A stretch of DNA of 64,000 bases from Moniliella sp. 'wahieum' (taxonomy: Eukaryota): positions 930,001 through 994,000 of the forward strand of contig RSEE01000005.1 of NCBI GenBank assembly GCA_003971905.1, given 5' to 3'. The position numbers and the translations under genes are program-made. Position 1 is the stretch's first letter. Each line of letters begins with the position of its first letter. Shown piece after piece: positions 1-13,476 of the stretch. The notes beneath the pieces were generated by a model that was not told where the DNA came from, made no database searches, and saw only the letters and a program-made list of their open reading frames with translations.

Positions 1-1150
1 AAACGCATCGAAGGTAGTGCTACATGGCCAGAAATCTGAAGCTTCAAGCTTAGCGCTTATTGGCGCTTTGAAGAGGCGGCCCGTCTGAGATGAACTCTAT
101 TGAGCAGGACAAAGAGAGGGGGAGGCAGTAGCGGACAACTCTGCCGTCACTCCGCCGGCTGAGCTCAGCCTGCGGGAGGATATGTCCTGTAGTAGTGGTC
201 AGCAGAATTGTGGTTGCGCTTATAACCGACCTATTTCCTCGTCTTCACCCTTGGCAGTCACTCTTCCTTGTCCTCTCTCCACACTGGCCGAAAGGGCCGA
301 CGCCACAAATGTTGGGGGCCACGTAGACACTTCTCATCAGCATCAGCCTTCAAGCTGCTCAGCGCGCTCAGCCAGCTTCACATGAAGCTTGAAGCTTGAA
401 GAGGCTCCACAGCCGCCGGGAGGAGAATGTGTGTCTGACGACGTTCAGCGTTTTCCCCACTTTCCTCCGACAGACCCACAAGTCGAGGGGTTCAGGGGCT
501 AGTGTGGACCAAACACTGGCGTATGCATGCATATCATCATGCTCCCCCATTAGGCTGACCTCAGGTCTGTGATGCCGCCGGGATGGGGGAGCAGCAGGTA
601 GCACAACTACGGGACGGTGCCTGAAATACAAATGGCTAGCAGATGCACTGCTGTGGCGTGTATACCTGCTGAGCTGAGCGATGGTCCGGCCTCCCCCGGC
701 CTGAGCCTCAGGTCTCACCGCACCAGGCAATATATATCCGCGCCGCCACAGGGACTTCAAGCTCACAGGCTCAGACTCAGGCCCTGTCCGGCTCGCTCTC
801 ACTTGGGTCATATATTCAATGCCAACAGATTTAATTGTCAGCGCTGTCCTCAACTTTTACTACGCCTTGTCCCAGCCTGCTTCTACTGCACTCATCGATC
901 ATCGATCATCACTAATCCCGCCGGGTGTCTGTACTGCTGTGCCTCGTGTGGAGCTTGCCGCGCCCCCCACATCTGTTTCCCCTTCAGTGAACCTTGAACA
1001 GCCGTTCCTGGGTCTTCGTTAGTTTGTATATCAGTACCGGTCTTCTATAGTATCAGCTCTTAACGTGTTAACCACACCCGCAGGTTCCTTTATCACCACC
1101 ACCACAGCCGTGTTACGGTTGCATCCTACTTTTCTCAGGGCTATACCAGC

Positions 1151-2251
1151 ATGCCGCAGATCTTGCACTCCTTCCGCAACCAAAGGACGTCGCGTCCTCC
1201 CAGGACGGCCACGTGCCCGAAGGGTGAAGAGACCAAGCCGGGCTTGCCCTCCATATTTCGTGCCGTTACGCGTACATATCCCCTTTCTGTGCTCTCCCTT
1301 ATTGATGGTCTGCAGAGAGCGCGTGCTGATTTTAGTATACAGCTGGAGGGCACACCCTTGATACATCGCAACCGGCATTCCCCGTATTCCATCGGTACGC
1401 ACCTTCCGCCCTGCAGCCCCTCTTTCTCTGCAGCTGTTGTACCACAACAACCATAAACTAACTGTTGTTTATACCCCTCCCTCCACCAACAGGAAGTTCG
1501 CTTCTCCCTCGCCTCTTGGTCTTTTCGCCTTTGCCACCACCACCTTCATCCTCTCGCTTTTCAACGTGGGAGCTAGGGGTGTCAGTCACCCCAACCTGAT
1601 TGTTGCCCCTGCCCTGGCAACCGGAGGACTGGCACAGCTAATCGCCGGCATCTGGGAGTTCGCGTCGGGTATGTCCATTCGTTCATATCCTTTGTCTCCT
1701 ATTCACCGAATACGACAAGATGACGCTGACTCTCTTTTCTGTTGCGTTTGCCAATGCGCTTTTCTCTTCCTTCCTTTTCTACACAGGTAATACATTTGGC
1801 GCTACAGCCTTCTGCATGGTACGCATTCACTGTCCTGATAACCAACGCCATGGTAACATGCTGACTCTCATTGTCCACAGTACGGGAGCTTTTGGGTTGG
1901 GTTTGCCATCATCTTTATCCCTTGGTTTGGCATCCAAGGTGGCGTCCCCGCAGACGAACTGGATTCGAGCATTGGGATCTTCCTTGCCACCTGGTTCATC
2001 GTCACATTCATCTTACTCTTTGCTACGCTGCGGCTTCGCTGGCCCTCTTTTCTGTGATCGCATCGCTCACCATCACGTTTCTCTTGCTCTTCTGCCACTA
2101 CTTGTCGGGCAATTCACACGTGGGTACCGCAGGCGGCGCCTTTGGCATCCTATGCTCAGCATGTGCCTTCTACACTGCCGCCACGGGCGTCATCACTGCC
2201 GACACGTCCCTCTTTGTCCTCCCAGCCGGCGATTTGACCCGCAAAGACTAA
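1151..2251 (+). CDS. GPR1/FUN34/YaaH (ATO/AceTr) family acetate/ammonia transporter, multi-exon
   Basis: Spliced translation YTAGGHTLDTSQPAFPVFHR|KFASPSPLGLFAFATTTFILSLFNVGARGVSHPN...GGLAQLIAGIWEFASG|NTFGATAFC|YGSFW... with GT-AG introns (e.g. 1395-1492). Start codon approximate; one frameshift in the last exon. Confidence 0.9.
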
Positions 2252-4367
2252 CCACAGTGTTCTCACTCGCTCTCGTTCCGGGCTTGTTCTCTCTCGCTTA
2301 ATTGTACGATCGCGGTTCTCTCTTCACCTCTACTTGGCCTCCTCCCCCCCGCGCGCCTCCCCCTTCTCGCCATCCCTTCCCAACTTTTTTATATAATCTT
2401 GCCTCCATTGCTTGCTATTGCACTGTGGAACGACATAATACCAGTTCGGCTTCATTTATAACGGCGGTAGAGGACAGCTACAGGCGTCAGTTCATCATGT
2501 CTGTGCATGAGTTATATACACAACACCTCCCTATCTTGTGTAAACATTGACGTTCCCCCCTTGTCGCGCCCCCTTGCGTTGCTAGATACACAACACCCTG
2601 TGGCCCCTCGGGACGAGAAGTGCATGGATTTTCTTTCCCCGGACGACCCAGACTGCCACCAGATGGACTAGCACATACCCCTCCTTCGATTGCTTTCCTC
2701 AACCTTTCATATAGTGTGCGTCCTCGTCACCCACCTTTTCGCCCCACGGGAGAGACCACCCTATTCCTTCTGGCTTAAATACCTCCGTTACGACGGCAGA
2801 CACCAACCAACCCCCATGCGGCATGGAGCAAAGGCAATCAACGGTTCCGCGCGATGGCTAATGGTTGTGGTACAGTATGGGTGTTGCGGCCTCCGGGTCG
2901 AACGGCCCCGGCAGGTTCCGGTCCGCTGGGCCCTAGTCTCATTTCGCGAGAGGATGCTGCGAGGTGCTCGCCGCTGCTTTTGGCGTTTGCCTTGCCTTGC
3001 CTTGCCTTGTCTCTGTTGTCTCCCTTACGGCGCGTTGATCGTTGAACGTTGATTGTTTTGGCATACTATCATGATGATGTCACAGGAGAGGGAGCACGAT
3101 GTGTGCGTGCGCCAAAGGAGACCTATAACCTGCATCGGGTTCTTCAGGTCCGCTCAGCGCTCAGCCTCAGCTGCCTTTTGTTCTCGTAACGCGTAGCGCG
3201 TAATGCGTAAACGCACGTGCGGGCCTGGGATTGGTTCAGAGGCGAAGGTGGAACGTTTGCAACCTTGTCTGGTAAGGAAATGGGAGGCGGCAAATGCATC
3301 ATCGATCATGGATCGATCATGCATCATGCATCACAGTCGGGTGTCTGTGTCATGCCATTTCTAGCCCATTGCCGTCCTGAGCCGCGGAGGGGGGCAAGTC
3401 GAACAGACTGAGCAGGCCGAATCCGCTGCGGGGGACGCGGGCAGCGCCAGTTTTGCGGGGGCTGGGACGGGAGCAGTGTGGGCGCAGAATGAGCTGAGCC
3501 GCTGAGCCGCGGTATCAGAGGGTATCCGCGGCTGAGTCGAGCCTGTGGGGGCTGCTGAGGTGTAGCAGGTGTGGCAGGTCTGGCCCCGGCGGCGGGAGAC
3601 CGTAGGGGAGAGATAGATAGTAGAGCGACCGGACCCGATCTAGATTCGATATGTTCTTGCTATTAGGGAGGAGTAAAAGGCCTAAGAGTTGGCGCGGCTG
3701 GATTTTTGACTCTTGCCAAGCGCAGGCTGGGCAGTTCGGAAGGGGATACGCGGGTACGCAAACACGGGTGCGTCGCCTGCCTCCCAGTAATCCTTGGCCG
3801 TCTCGTGTGCCCCCGGTGCTGTGCATCCTTTGATGGATGGCATGTGGCTGGATTGGGTTTGGCCAGGGCAGGCCAGTGCTGTTGGTTGTTGCGATCGACG
3901 GAGCTGGGAGCTGAGATCGAGGGAGTGTGGGATGGCTGATCGATCGATGATCTGACGCCCTTTAAACACATTCTCAAAATCACCTGCCCACAACGTCATC
4001 AACGTCATTGCTGTAGGGCCCGTTCGCGCCGCTTTAACCGGCACAATATGGTCTGGGCCAGCTGGGCCACCCAAGGTCACACAGTTCTTCTGCCGCCACC
4101 GGACGGGGGCCCGGCATTCTGTGATCGGGATTCGGAGCGCTGAAGCTCGGAAGGGAGAGAGGAGAGAGGGAGGATGCGTGGGGTCACTCTTCATTTTGGC
4201 AATAGAGCCCCAGCACTTAGCCAGTCTCTTTCTCTGCCGACTCTTTCCGTCTGGGGGTCTAGGTGCCTCAGGCGAGGCCTCAGCTCTGGCGCCAGTCGGC
4301 CTTGCGGCTTCTTGACTACCACCACCCTCCCCATTATCCCCTCTAACATCTCATCTCTTCCCATCTA

Positions 4368-4911
4368 ATGTCGACCATCGAAGAAGCACGCCAAGCCGCC
4401 AGCGCTGAGGCCCTGGCCGAGGCCCACGCCGCCACCGAGGCTGCTGCCCAGGAAGCCACGCAGGCCGAACGCGAAGCCAAGCTGGCCTCGGCCAAGGCCG
4501 ACTGGGCCGACTTGAAGGACAAGTGAGTCTCCCTTCTCCCCCCCCCCCTTTCCCCCCGGCCTCTTGCGTGTATGTGCCCAGGTGTGGGATGGCTAATCTC
4601 TCGCTGCCTCTTTTGCTCGTTTGATTAATAGGGCGGCCGCGACGGAATCCAAGATCAGTTCGTCGCTCCACTCGGCATGGACCACGTTTAGTACGACGCC
4701 TACCTACTGGGTTTCTGCTCTGGGTGCGGTCAACCTGTTGCTGCTCGGCGGTTTGGGCGGGTGGGCGTACACGCGCAAAGAGCAGGTCCAAAAGGTCGAC
4801 CCGCCCGTTGTCGCCGGCGCGGCGGTCGCGCTGGCGGCGTTGTTGGGCGCAGAAGGGTATGCGGCAACGACCAAAGCCAAGCAACAGTCGGGAAAGTCCA
4901 AGCAGGCTTGA
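4368..4911 (+). CDS. Small two-exon membrane protein, resembling mitochondrial outer-membrane OM14-like proteins
   Basis: ATG 4368; intron 4523-4631 (GTGAGT...GCTAAT...TAG) joins in frame. Ala/Glu-rich helical N-terminus followed by two hydrophobic segments (SALGAVNLLLLGGLGGWAY; VVAGAAVALAALLGAEGY). Family assignment is tentative. Confidence 0.6.
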
Positions 4912-5410
4912 AGCTTGAAGAAGCAAGTGCAGAATGCGGTATGGGTACTATCAATTAGCCACGCAACACAAATCCAATCTACTCCATCTAGTTCGCACCA
5001 AGGGCCTCTGGCTGGCCTTTTGCTTATAGTTTTGGCAGGGAGCGCAGGGAGGATCGTTGTGCGGCTGGTTGCAGTTTATCGGTCAAGGTACGCAAACTCT
5101 CAAGGCAAATATCCCTAATTACGCCCTATACACACTTTCCTGGCCAGTAGATCCACGGAACGCATTCTAATAGCAACTAATCAGGGCCTTTTGATCAGTC
5201 TTTGATAACGGTCACGATGCATTCTTCCAGGGAGGTGATTGGAGTTGGTGAGCGTTTTGGGAAAGGAACAAGAATAGCGTTGCAAAGGGGTTATTAATGG
5301 TTGGTGCTCGACGCTGCTAGAACCAAATCCCTTACCACACGATTTCGTCCCCAACCGATCCGTTACTAGTTACTTCTTTCCATCCCGTGCGAGCGCCAGC
5401 GCAATTTCAC

Positions 5411-7235
5411 TCAGCAACACCGACGCCGATTCGCGCGTGCCGTGGGGATGGGGTCCTCGGGCGGGGTAGGGTTGACGACATGCGCTTCCGTCAGGGGGGC
5501 CCGCGCCGCAATCGGGGTCGCTGCCGCTTCGGCCGCCTGATACAACCCCTTTGCTTGTTCCTTCGCCGTCTTGTCCCCCTGCGCTTGGGCGGCCAAGGTG
5601 CGACCCAGGGCAAAGAGCAGCCCAGCCTCAGCCAACTTACACTCGTCCAGTGTCTCGGCCGAAACGACGGGCGCAGCCGGCAGCGGGACGTTCGACGTGG
5701 ACAGCGGTGCGACCGAGCCTTTCCCTACCGTCGTCACCGGGTCGGGCGAAGGAGGAATGCCCACTTCCGCCTCGGTCGCACGGACGAGCGCCAAGCCGTC
5801 CCGCGCGGAAGCGAGCGCACGAGCATGCAGCTCCGTCTGTCGCACGCCTGCCTCAGCCTTGGTCTTGCCCTGCTGCTGCCACGGCCGGTCGGCCGCGGCG
5901 AGCAAAACGTTGACTAGATTGTAGAACAGCACACCGGCGTGGCACTTGGTCTCGGTGGTGAGCTCGGGCAGGAGCGCCTGCGGCGCAACAACGTCCAGCT
6001 GGGCTTGGGCCAACGGCGTGGTGACCGGCGGCTCGGTCAGGGGCGCAGCGTGGGCAAGCGGCGAGCGCAGCAAACTAATCGCATGATTGTACAGCTGGGC
6101 CGCGCTCGGGATGCCCGCGCGACGAGTAAAAGGTCGCGAGGGATTCCAGAGCGGTGCCCAAGTCCGTGCTCTCTGCCCAGGTCGGGATTAAGGTGCTGCA
6201 ATGGCGTATAGGCCGTCTTGAGCGGCGCCTGCACCCCGCTCTGACCCTCAGGGGGCACGTAGGAAGTAGGATGGGCCAGCGGGACCGGCTCGCCACGCGG
6301 AGGCTCGGGGCCTTCCGCGCCTACGCCTTGGCCCCACTTGCCGCGGTCACACGGGCGCCATGAGCGTCGGGAGGCAGAGCAAGCGGGAACATGTGCTGCA
6401 CCGCCCAGCATAATACTCGTCGGCCAGGTCATCCATGTCGGCCACACGCGGGTACCGTCCTTGTTGGCTTGTTGCGACGGCAAGGTGAATTTGCCGCTGG
6501 AAGCCATGTCGCCCAGTTTCTTGGCCAACGCCACGGCCCGCATCGTGTCAGCCGGAGTAGCTTGTTGGACCGACAAGGGTCCAGCACGGATCAGCTCCTC
6601 AAACGCAGCTTGGAACGTGGTAAACGCCTCGATGTACTTGCCCGAAAAACTCCAGCGCCGTGCCACGGCCCACCGCAATGGCCGACAATTGGCCAACACA
6701 TCTTCGGGCGAATTGGCCAGGCGGGGAAAGAAGCCCGTGTCACCGGCAGCCTTGCGGGCGGCCTCTGGGCTTGCTCATAGTACGTCTCGGCCGCGGCAAA
6801 GTCGCCCTTGCGTCAGCACGCGGCCGCTTCCCTCAGCGGCGTCGCACCGACTTGGGCACGGCGAGCCCAGCAAGTAGTACAGGTCCAAAAGACCCACGGC
6901 CTCGAGGACAAAGGCAAGCTCAGCAGACTACGGGCAGCAAGGCGGCAAGGCAGTCAGCAACAGAAACTGCGCCAGGAACAAGCGGGTATGGGGTTACGTA
7001 CGAGAGCACCATCCACGCCGCCCATTGATCCTGGGGGGGGCGGGGGCTGGAAGTTGCCATCGTCGCGCTGGGAAACGGTGGCGGGGTGGGCAACGCGCAG
7101 GCGGGGGGCCGGCAAGAGAGGGTGGGGCACGAGGCGAGAGGGGAGGATGGCGGGGGCGGGCGACGCACGGGCGGCCGAGGCGAGCACGGCAGTGGACAAG
7201 ACGCGGCGGGAAAGAGGCAGCCGGCGCGGGAGCAT
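5411..7235 (-). CDS. Putative mitochondrial helical-repeat (TPR-like, possibly MGR3-like) protein, frameshifted in the assembly
   Basis: Arg/Ser/Leu-rich presequence MLPRRLPLSRRVLSTAVLASAARAS, then helical segments across frames (YIEAFTTFQAAFEELIR...AVALAKKLGDMA; CHAGVLFYNLVNVLLA; ECKLAEAGLLFALGRTL). Confidence 0.5.
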
Positions 7236-7957
7236 GGCGGGCAGGAGGTGGAGGAAGGGAGAGAAGCAGGCGGAAGCAGGCGGGATCGGCTTCTCGGTTG
7301 TCTGTCTGGCCTGGCTGAGGCGCACCAGCAAAATGGATCGAAGCGAGCCCGACCGCCGATCCCGTTCGTTGCATGCGTTCCATCATCACCATCACCTGTG
7401 CCCTCCCCCTCGCGCCCAAGGAGCCAGCCGCGCAACCTTCATCCGTCTCAAGACACGCACATGCACAACTGGCCACTGCCCCCGCGCTGCCCCCACTCTG
7501 CGTGCACAGACCACCACCAGCACCGCCTCTCGAACTCTCCCGTGCCATGGCCATCAGTGCGAAGAAGTGACGTCACAGTGCATGTCCCGCTCCCCCAAAG
7601 CCAAAGCCGCCGGACAAGGCGGCTTCGCTGAGCGGGTCCGTGCTGAGCTCAGCCGGGCTCAGCTGAGGCGCTGCCTGACACGTCCTGGCACTGCACCCCG
7701 TGATGATCAATCGATCGCTGATCCCGCCTCTCGTCGGCGCTTGGTCGCACGTGGCCTCCTACCCTACCCTTGGATCTTGGATGTTACCGGGTATCGGCGT
7801 AGCGCGTACCCGACCCCTCCCGTCAGCCCTCCCGTTCGGGCGCGCTTCGTAGCCGGTCCTCTCCGGCCATAGCAGGCGCATTTCGGATGGCACTGCTGCG
7901 TCTGTACCGGGGGCCATCCAGGCCGCACGACTTGACCCGAATCGCTCTGCATATGGG

Positions 7958-8005
7958 TGATGCATGATGCATGATGCATGATGCATGATGCATGATGCAT
8001 GATGC
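7958..8005. repeat. Heptanucleotide microsatellite (TGATGCA)~7
   Basis: Perfect tandem array read directly; the longest member of the palindrome-plus-one heptad family described in findings. Confidence 0.95.
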
Positions 8006-8697
8006 GACCGGGGCCGATGGTGCGATGGTGCGGGCCGATGAGCCTCATCGATCATCGATCATCGTTGAGCTCAGCCTGAGTGCACAGGCTGAGCGGCTGA
8101 GCTAACCGGATCATCGATCATCGACCATTCAATATTCATCATGCATCTTCCGGTCCGCCGCGCACGTTCACAATAAGCACCCCAGCCGTCGGCAACTTGA
8201 TGCGCCCAACACCATGCGCGCCGTCTCCCGTTCGCCCTTGTTCTTGACATATGCGGTGCATCTTGCCCTCTTTAATTGATCTCGCATCCACAGGTACACT
8301 ACACGCTCTTAACACATCCAGAGAGAAAACAAGGCAATAGATGATGGAATTGGGGAAAAGTCGAGGCATAAGAGGGACTGGGTCCAACGGTCATATAGAG
8401 GCTTTTCTCGGAAAAGATACAACAGGGCCACCTCCGACGCAAAGGAAGGGATAGCGCTTGGGATGCTTGATTCGGACACATAAAACGAAACATAGAGGCC
8501 GCAGCGCGCACACATGTGCAAACCCGACAACTGGCATATTGGCAGGACAAACCAAAGTGTAGAGGAGCCGGAGCGCACCGTCTGAGGCAGGCGCATTTAC
8601 TACCATGATAGAGAACGGTTAGCCTCCATCTTGCTTTCGAAGGTCCAGCAAGAGCCGAAGAAAGGGACGTATACACACCACAGCATGGATGCTCATA

Positions 8698-8917
8698 TCA
8701 GCAGGGTTCAAAGGAATCCCATCCCTTAAGCCCAAGGCGAGCGGAGGGGGGAGCGGCCAGACAGACGGCGGCCCTTGCTGGCGTTCGCCGCCGCTTGGAC
8801 TTGGGCAGGCGTGGGCTTTTGGGCCGAGGACTTGGCCAACGAAGCCTGGTTGGCCGTCTTGGGCAGGCGCAGCGTAGCGCGCGAGCCGTAGTTGCGGAGG
8901 ACAGTCGAGGCGAACAT
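8698..8917 (-). CDS. Hypothetical small basic protein with a mitochondrial-presequence-like N-terminus
   Basis: MFASTVLRNYGSRATLRLPKTANQASLAKSSAQKPTPAQVQAAANAS...; ACCATG start context, a pyrimidine-rich leader and TATAAAG at ~9001-9007. The 3' end is uncertain (possible frameshift). Confidence 0.4.
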
Positions 8918-11900
8918 GGTGTGGTTGGTGGGGCGAAGAGAGTAGAAGAGGGGAGGATGTGGTGGATGGGAGGTCGGGCGGTGGAGGGGGAGGGGGGCGA
9001 CTTTATACTGCTTGAGGTGTGTGTGCGTAGCCCCATGCCACAGCCCGATAGCAAGAGCGATAAGGCACGTGGGCAGTGTTCCCCGTGTTCAGGCCACCCG
9101 GTCGGCCAACCGGGCAGGGTGGGCCCAGGCTGGTAAGGGCGCGCACTGGCGTGGTGCTGCTGCACGGAGGGTGGGCGCGATGCATGATGTGCGGATGCAT
9201 GACGTCGATTCGCTTGGGGCGGGGTTTGCCAGGGGATGGCCAGCCATTGCCTGGCAGTGCATGCGCCCTTCTTCCCCGGAATTCGACGACACATTGACCC
9301 ATGATGCATGATGCATGACGCGAATGACGCGCATGACGCAATGACGCGTGATCATAACATGCCAGATTCACACATGGGCTAGTAGGCGGTAGGCCGTAGG
9401 GAGGAGGCATGATGCATGACCGTGGCCCCGGTGACTGGTGACCGGTGACCGGATTAGCACACCGCGGAAAAATAGAGTTGCGAGCTTGGCTTGTCCTGAG
9501 ATCTGGGACACCTACTGCCTGCCGCAGCTGCCCCAGGCTGCCCCCCCGGCCTTCCCCGCACTTTGGCCGAACCCGGGGGCCTATCCCACACGCCCGGCTG
9601 CTCGGGAGTTGTCGTGCCGGACAAGCAAAAGAGCCACTGTGGAATCGTTAATCAAGTCATCGATGCGACCATCGGCCATCGGCCATTGCATCATGCATCA
9701 TGCATCATCCATGCAGTTTCAAGCTTGCAAAAGGGCATTGCTATGTCCGTCGGCACCATTCACACGTCCCCCGCCCATTTCCATTTCCGTTCCCGGTCCT
9801 GGTACCGTGACAAGCTCCGCTCTGTTGTGCAATAGGCACCGGCGCCTCAGCCTCAGGCGCCTCAGGCCTGACTCATCATGCCCCAGGAGGCCTCACGCTG
9901 GGGCCCACAGGCGCGATCAGATATCCGGCCTCTTCCTAGAAGCATCTGTTGCTGGAACGTCGGCAGGCGGTAGCCACATCCATATTCGCTGCTGCGGGTG
10001 GGGTCCTTGTGCTGGGTTTCGATCTGACCGCCACCACCCAATCCAGTCCTAGTCAGAACTTTTCGAACTACTGATAAGGATAAAAAAGACTGCGCAATAT
10101 TAATAGCGTGCACAGCTTATTGGTACTCTCTGCACGTACGCATATAGCAGGCCCTTCAAGCTTCAAGCTAGCTTCAAAAGCTAGCTTCAAGCTTAATGAG
10201 CTTAATGCACCACCCCCCCTCTATCAGCATAGGCAGTGTAGATAGACACGAGATTGTGGTAGGCGTTACGCGCTGCGCGTTATCGCCGCCGTAGTCATCT
10301 ACAAATCGCCGCTGCTCTTCCACGATATATATGGAGACGCTGTTTGTACGTACCCACATCCCCCCGCGTTGCTTTTAGGTGTCAACAACGGATGGGCTTC
10401 AAATCTTTGGGACAGTGGACAGTTTGGAAGGCGACGCTACCGTGTAGGAAACCTTGGGATCTGGGGACGACGTTGAGCCACTGCGGGTGGCTTTTGTGTG
10501 TTTGTCACGTCGGTCCCATCAGTCCCTCGGTCAGAGGCCTATACGTTGTTTTCTCGCTTCTGGTTTTCTTATTGGCCCGCTGCCAGCCGTGACGACTTTT
10601 CTTGATGTTCCTCTGTAGCCGTTGTTGGTTTGATTGGACCAGAACACCACCACTGGTGCGGTTGCATCACCTCGAGGACCATCCGAACTCCAGGTCTCAG
10701 CTGCATCAACAGACGGGTGTATATCCTCACGTGCATCGTTCAGGGAATTTTATTGGGCTAAGATTGCCGTCGTCATGCGTGTCATTACTCCCACTGAGGG
10801 CATAGGAATGTAACTGGCCTGTGTAGTTGGTATTCCACGGTGCTATGTGATTACAAGTGGCCGCGGAAACATTACTCCCGTTGGTTGCAACGTCAAAACA
10901 TAAGGAGCTGGCTCACCTTGGGAGCGTCCCGTTGGAATTCGCGGTTCAGGTGGCCTGCCTGTTTGCGGCAACGTCAAACACATCCTGTGGATCGCAAACT
11001 CTGGCCTTAGCACGCACGAGAATGACATATCCATCGAGTGCAGCATCAGGCCTCAAACCCCACTATACTGCGTGCCTCTGTTCTCCAGAGTTGGTAGCAG
11101 GCCACTTCCAGAAACGGTACACGGAAGAGCCTCACGGCACTTTATTGGTTACGCTACACGAGGTACTAGATATTCCCCCACCCTTTCTTCAATGGGGCAA
11201 CAGGGCCAAGCAAGAATGGGACGCTTGAAGCGCACGCGAGAGACTTTTGCTGAAGGTTATATCGCGAACCTCATTTTTTCCCTTTACTACCTTGTCAATG
11301 GAACTTTCAAGAGACAGACCCCCGAACCTCGGTGTTTATCCATGCCAACCTGCGCCTCTGACGACTCGCGATGGCACTTCCCTTATATGTTGAAACATAT
11401 GCACAGCAGGACGCACACCCTTCTTGTTTTTGGCCGCGGGTACATGATGAGCGTGCCCTACTGTGTCACTGGTTATGAGGCGAAGAGAAGAGAGGATGCT
11501 GGTAGTGGTGGTGGTAGTGGGCATGGTATCATCCACTGTCAAGTTACAACACCAAATGGAGTGGAAGCCGAAAGGCGCTTGTACTCTGCATCTGTTCTGC
11601 TCACTGCCTCCTACCTCTGGCCAGACATATATATGCGCCTGCTTACAGATATAGCCTTGGGGGATCCAGCCGGATGGACGGTGCAATATTTCAACAGCGC
11701 CCCCATCGTAGCGGTTGATGGCGGGGAGGCGGAGAGGAATGCGGCCGAGGGGCAGAGACTGCTGTGGTGCGAGCGCGGCGCGGGGGCCGGGAATAGTAAT
11801 GGGGAGTGGTGGCAACGGCGCGGGGGGCCCCATTGACAGATTGGTTGGTTGCAAGGGGCTCGGCCAAGCCAGTGCTTTTTGTCGGCTGCGTCGCTGGGTG

Positions 11901-11937
11901 TTTGGACGCTGCTCTGCCCATCATCCGCCTGGTTGCC

Positions 11938-12710
11938 ATGCTTGCCCACCCGCTTCCTCTGGCCTGCGTTCTGGTACGTGTTTCCCGTGTTCCCCCACGT
12001 GCGCCGTGTGCCTGCGCGGCCCCACTGACGCTCGCTTGGTTTGGCCTGCTTCCCCAGGGGCCTTACGCATCGCCCGTCCTGGCCTCCCTCGCGCCCTCGC
12101 CCCTGCCCTCGCGCCGGCTCGCTGCCTGTCCACCAGCCCTGCCTCGGCCCAGGGTTTGGAACCCATCCCCCCGCCTCCCAAAGAATGGACGGTCATGGCC
12201 GACGCGGGGTCCAACCAGCAGTCGCTCGAGACGCCGCAGAACAAGGCCGAGTGGGTGCTGACCAAGATGGACCAGATTGTCAACTGGGGTCGGCAGGGTT
12301 CGTTGTGGCCTATGACGTTTGGATTGGCGTGCTGTGCGATCGAGATGATGCACTGCTCTACCCCGCGGTACGACCAGGACCGGTTGGGAATCATTTTCCG
12401 TGCCTCGCCGCGCCAGTCGGACGTGATGATCGTAGCCGGCACCTTGACTAACAAGATGGCACCCGGCCTGCGCAAAGTGTACGATCAAATGCCCGAGCCA
12501 CGGTGGGTCGTGTCCATGGGCTCTTGTGCCAACGGTGGTGGCTACTACCACTACTCGTACTCGGTCGTTCGCGGCTGCGACCGTATCGTGCCGGTCGACC
12601 TCTACGTGCCGGGATGCCCACCAACGGCCGAGGCCCTGCTCTATGGCTTGATGCAGTTGCAGCGCAAGATGCGCAGGAACCGCAAGTCGGTCCTGTGGTA
12701 CCGCAAGTAG
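11938..12710 (+). CDS. NDUFS7: NADH:ubiquinone oxidoreductase PSST/20 kDa Fe-S subunit
   Basis: [82 protein letters not shown]. Intron 11974-12057; probable 1-nt error in exon 1. Confidence 0.97.
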
Positions 12711-13476
12711 TTGTCCTTGTTTCTATGTATCATTCATCCTGCTCTGGAAGTTCCTCTCCCCTGATTTCCCTTGTAGTCGGGCGCTGCCTAGCTCTCCGAT
12801 CATGCCATGCCGTCTTCCTGCCCCAGCCGCACCCTCGACGCGAAGGGGAAGAAGTGGAGGGCTAAGGAACGGGGGTCGTGATTGCACGGCCCCAGTAGGC
12901 CTCGTTCTCCGGGCCAATACAACCGCCATGACGGTATGCTTTGACTGACTACAGCCCGAAACCGAAACCGAAACCGGTCGGGATCGGGAAAATGTCCCGA
13001 TTTGGACCTCCTTCGCAGCGAGGGAAATATATGGCGGATCTGCTCTCTCTGACCTCTGACCTCGGATAACATGTGTGTTCGGGTAGGCAGACCTTGTACC
13101 AACCGATTCCCCAGCCGCGACGCTCTCGACAGGTGGTGAACTATATCAGGGAAAAGAGGGGGGCAAAGATAGTGTGGATACCGTGGGGCATATGTTTTGC
13201 AACGACCAACATGGTCGAACAGGGAGGTGATCAACGCGGTGCGCTGACACGGGACAGCCACAGTTCCCGAGGGACCGCCGAATCAGCCGAGTCAAAGGCA
13301 AGGCAACCGGCGACATCATGCAGCCCCTGCGGCGCTGCGCTCCGTTCATGCGGAGCAGGCGCACGTACCATGGCAGGCACAGGGGCAAGGGGAGGGAGGG
13401 AAGGGAAGATGAGGTGGTGGGGATGGGGAAAGGTAGGCGAGAAGACAAAAGGGATGAGAACAACCGCCTGGATGAA

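Noticed and set aside
11715..11937. Long N-terminal extension of the NDUFS7 ORF
   Set aside because: The ORF runs through the promoter and an intron (11974-12057). ATG 11938 gives a normal presequence after one indel correction.
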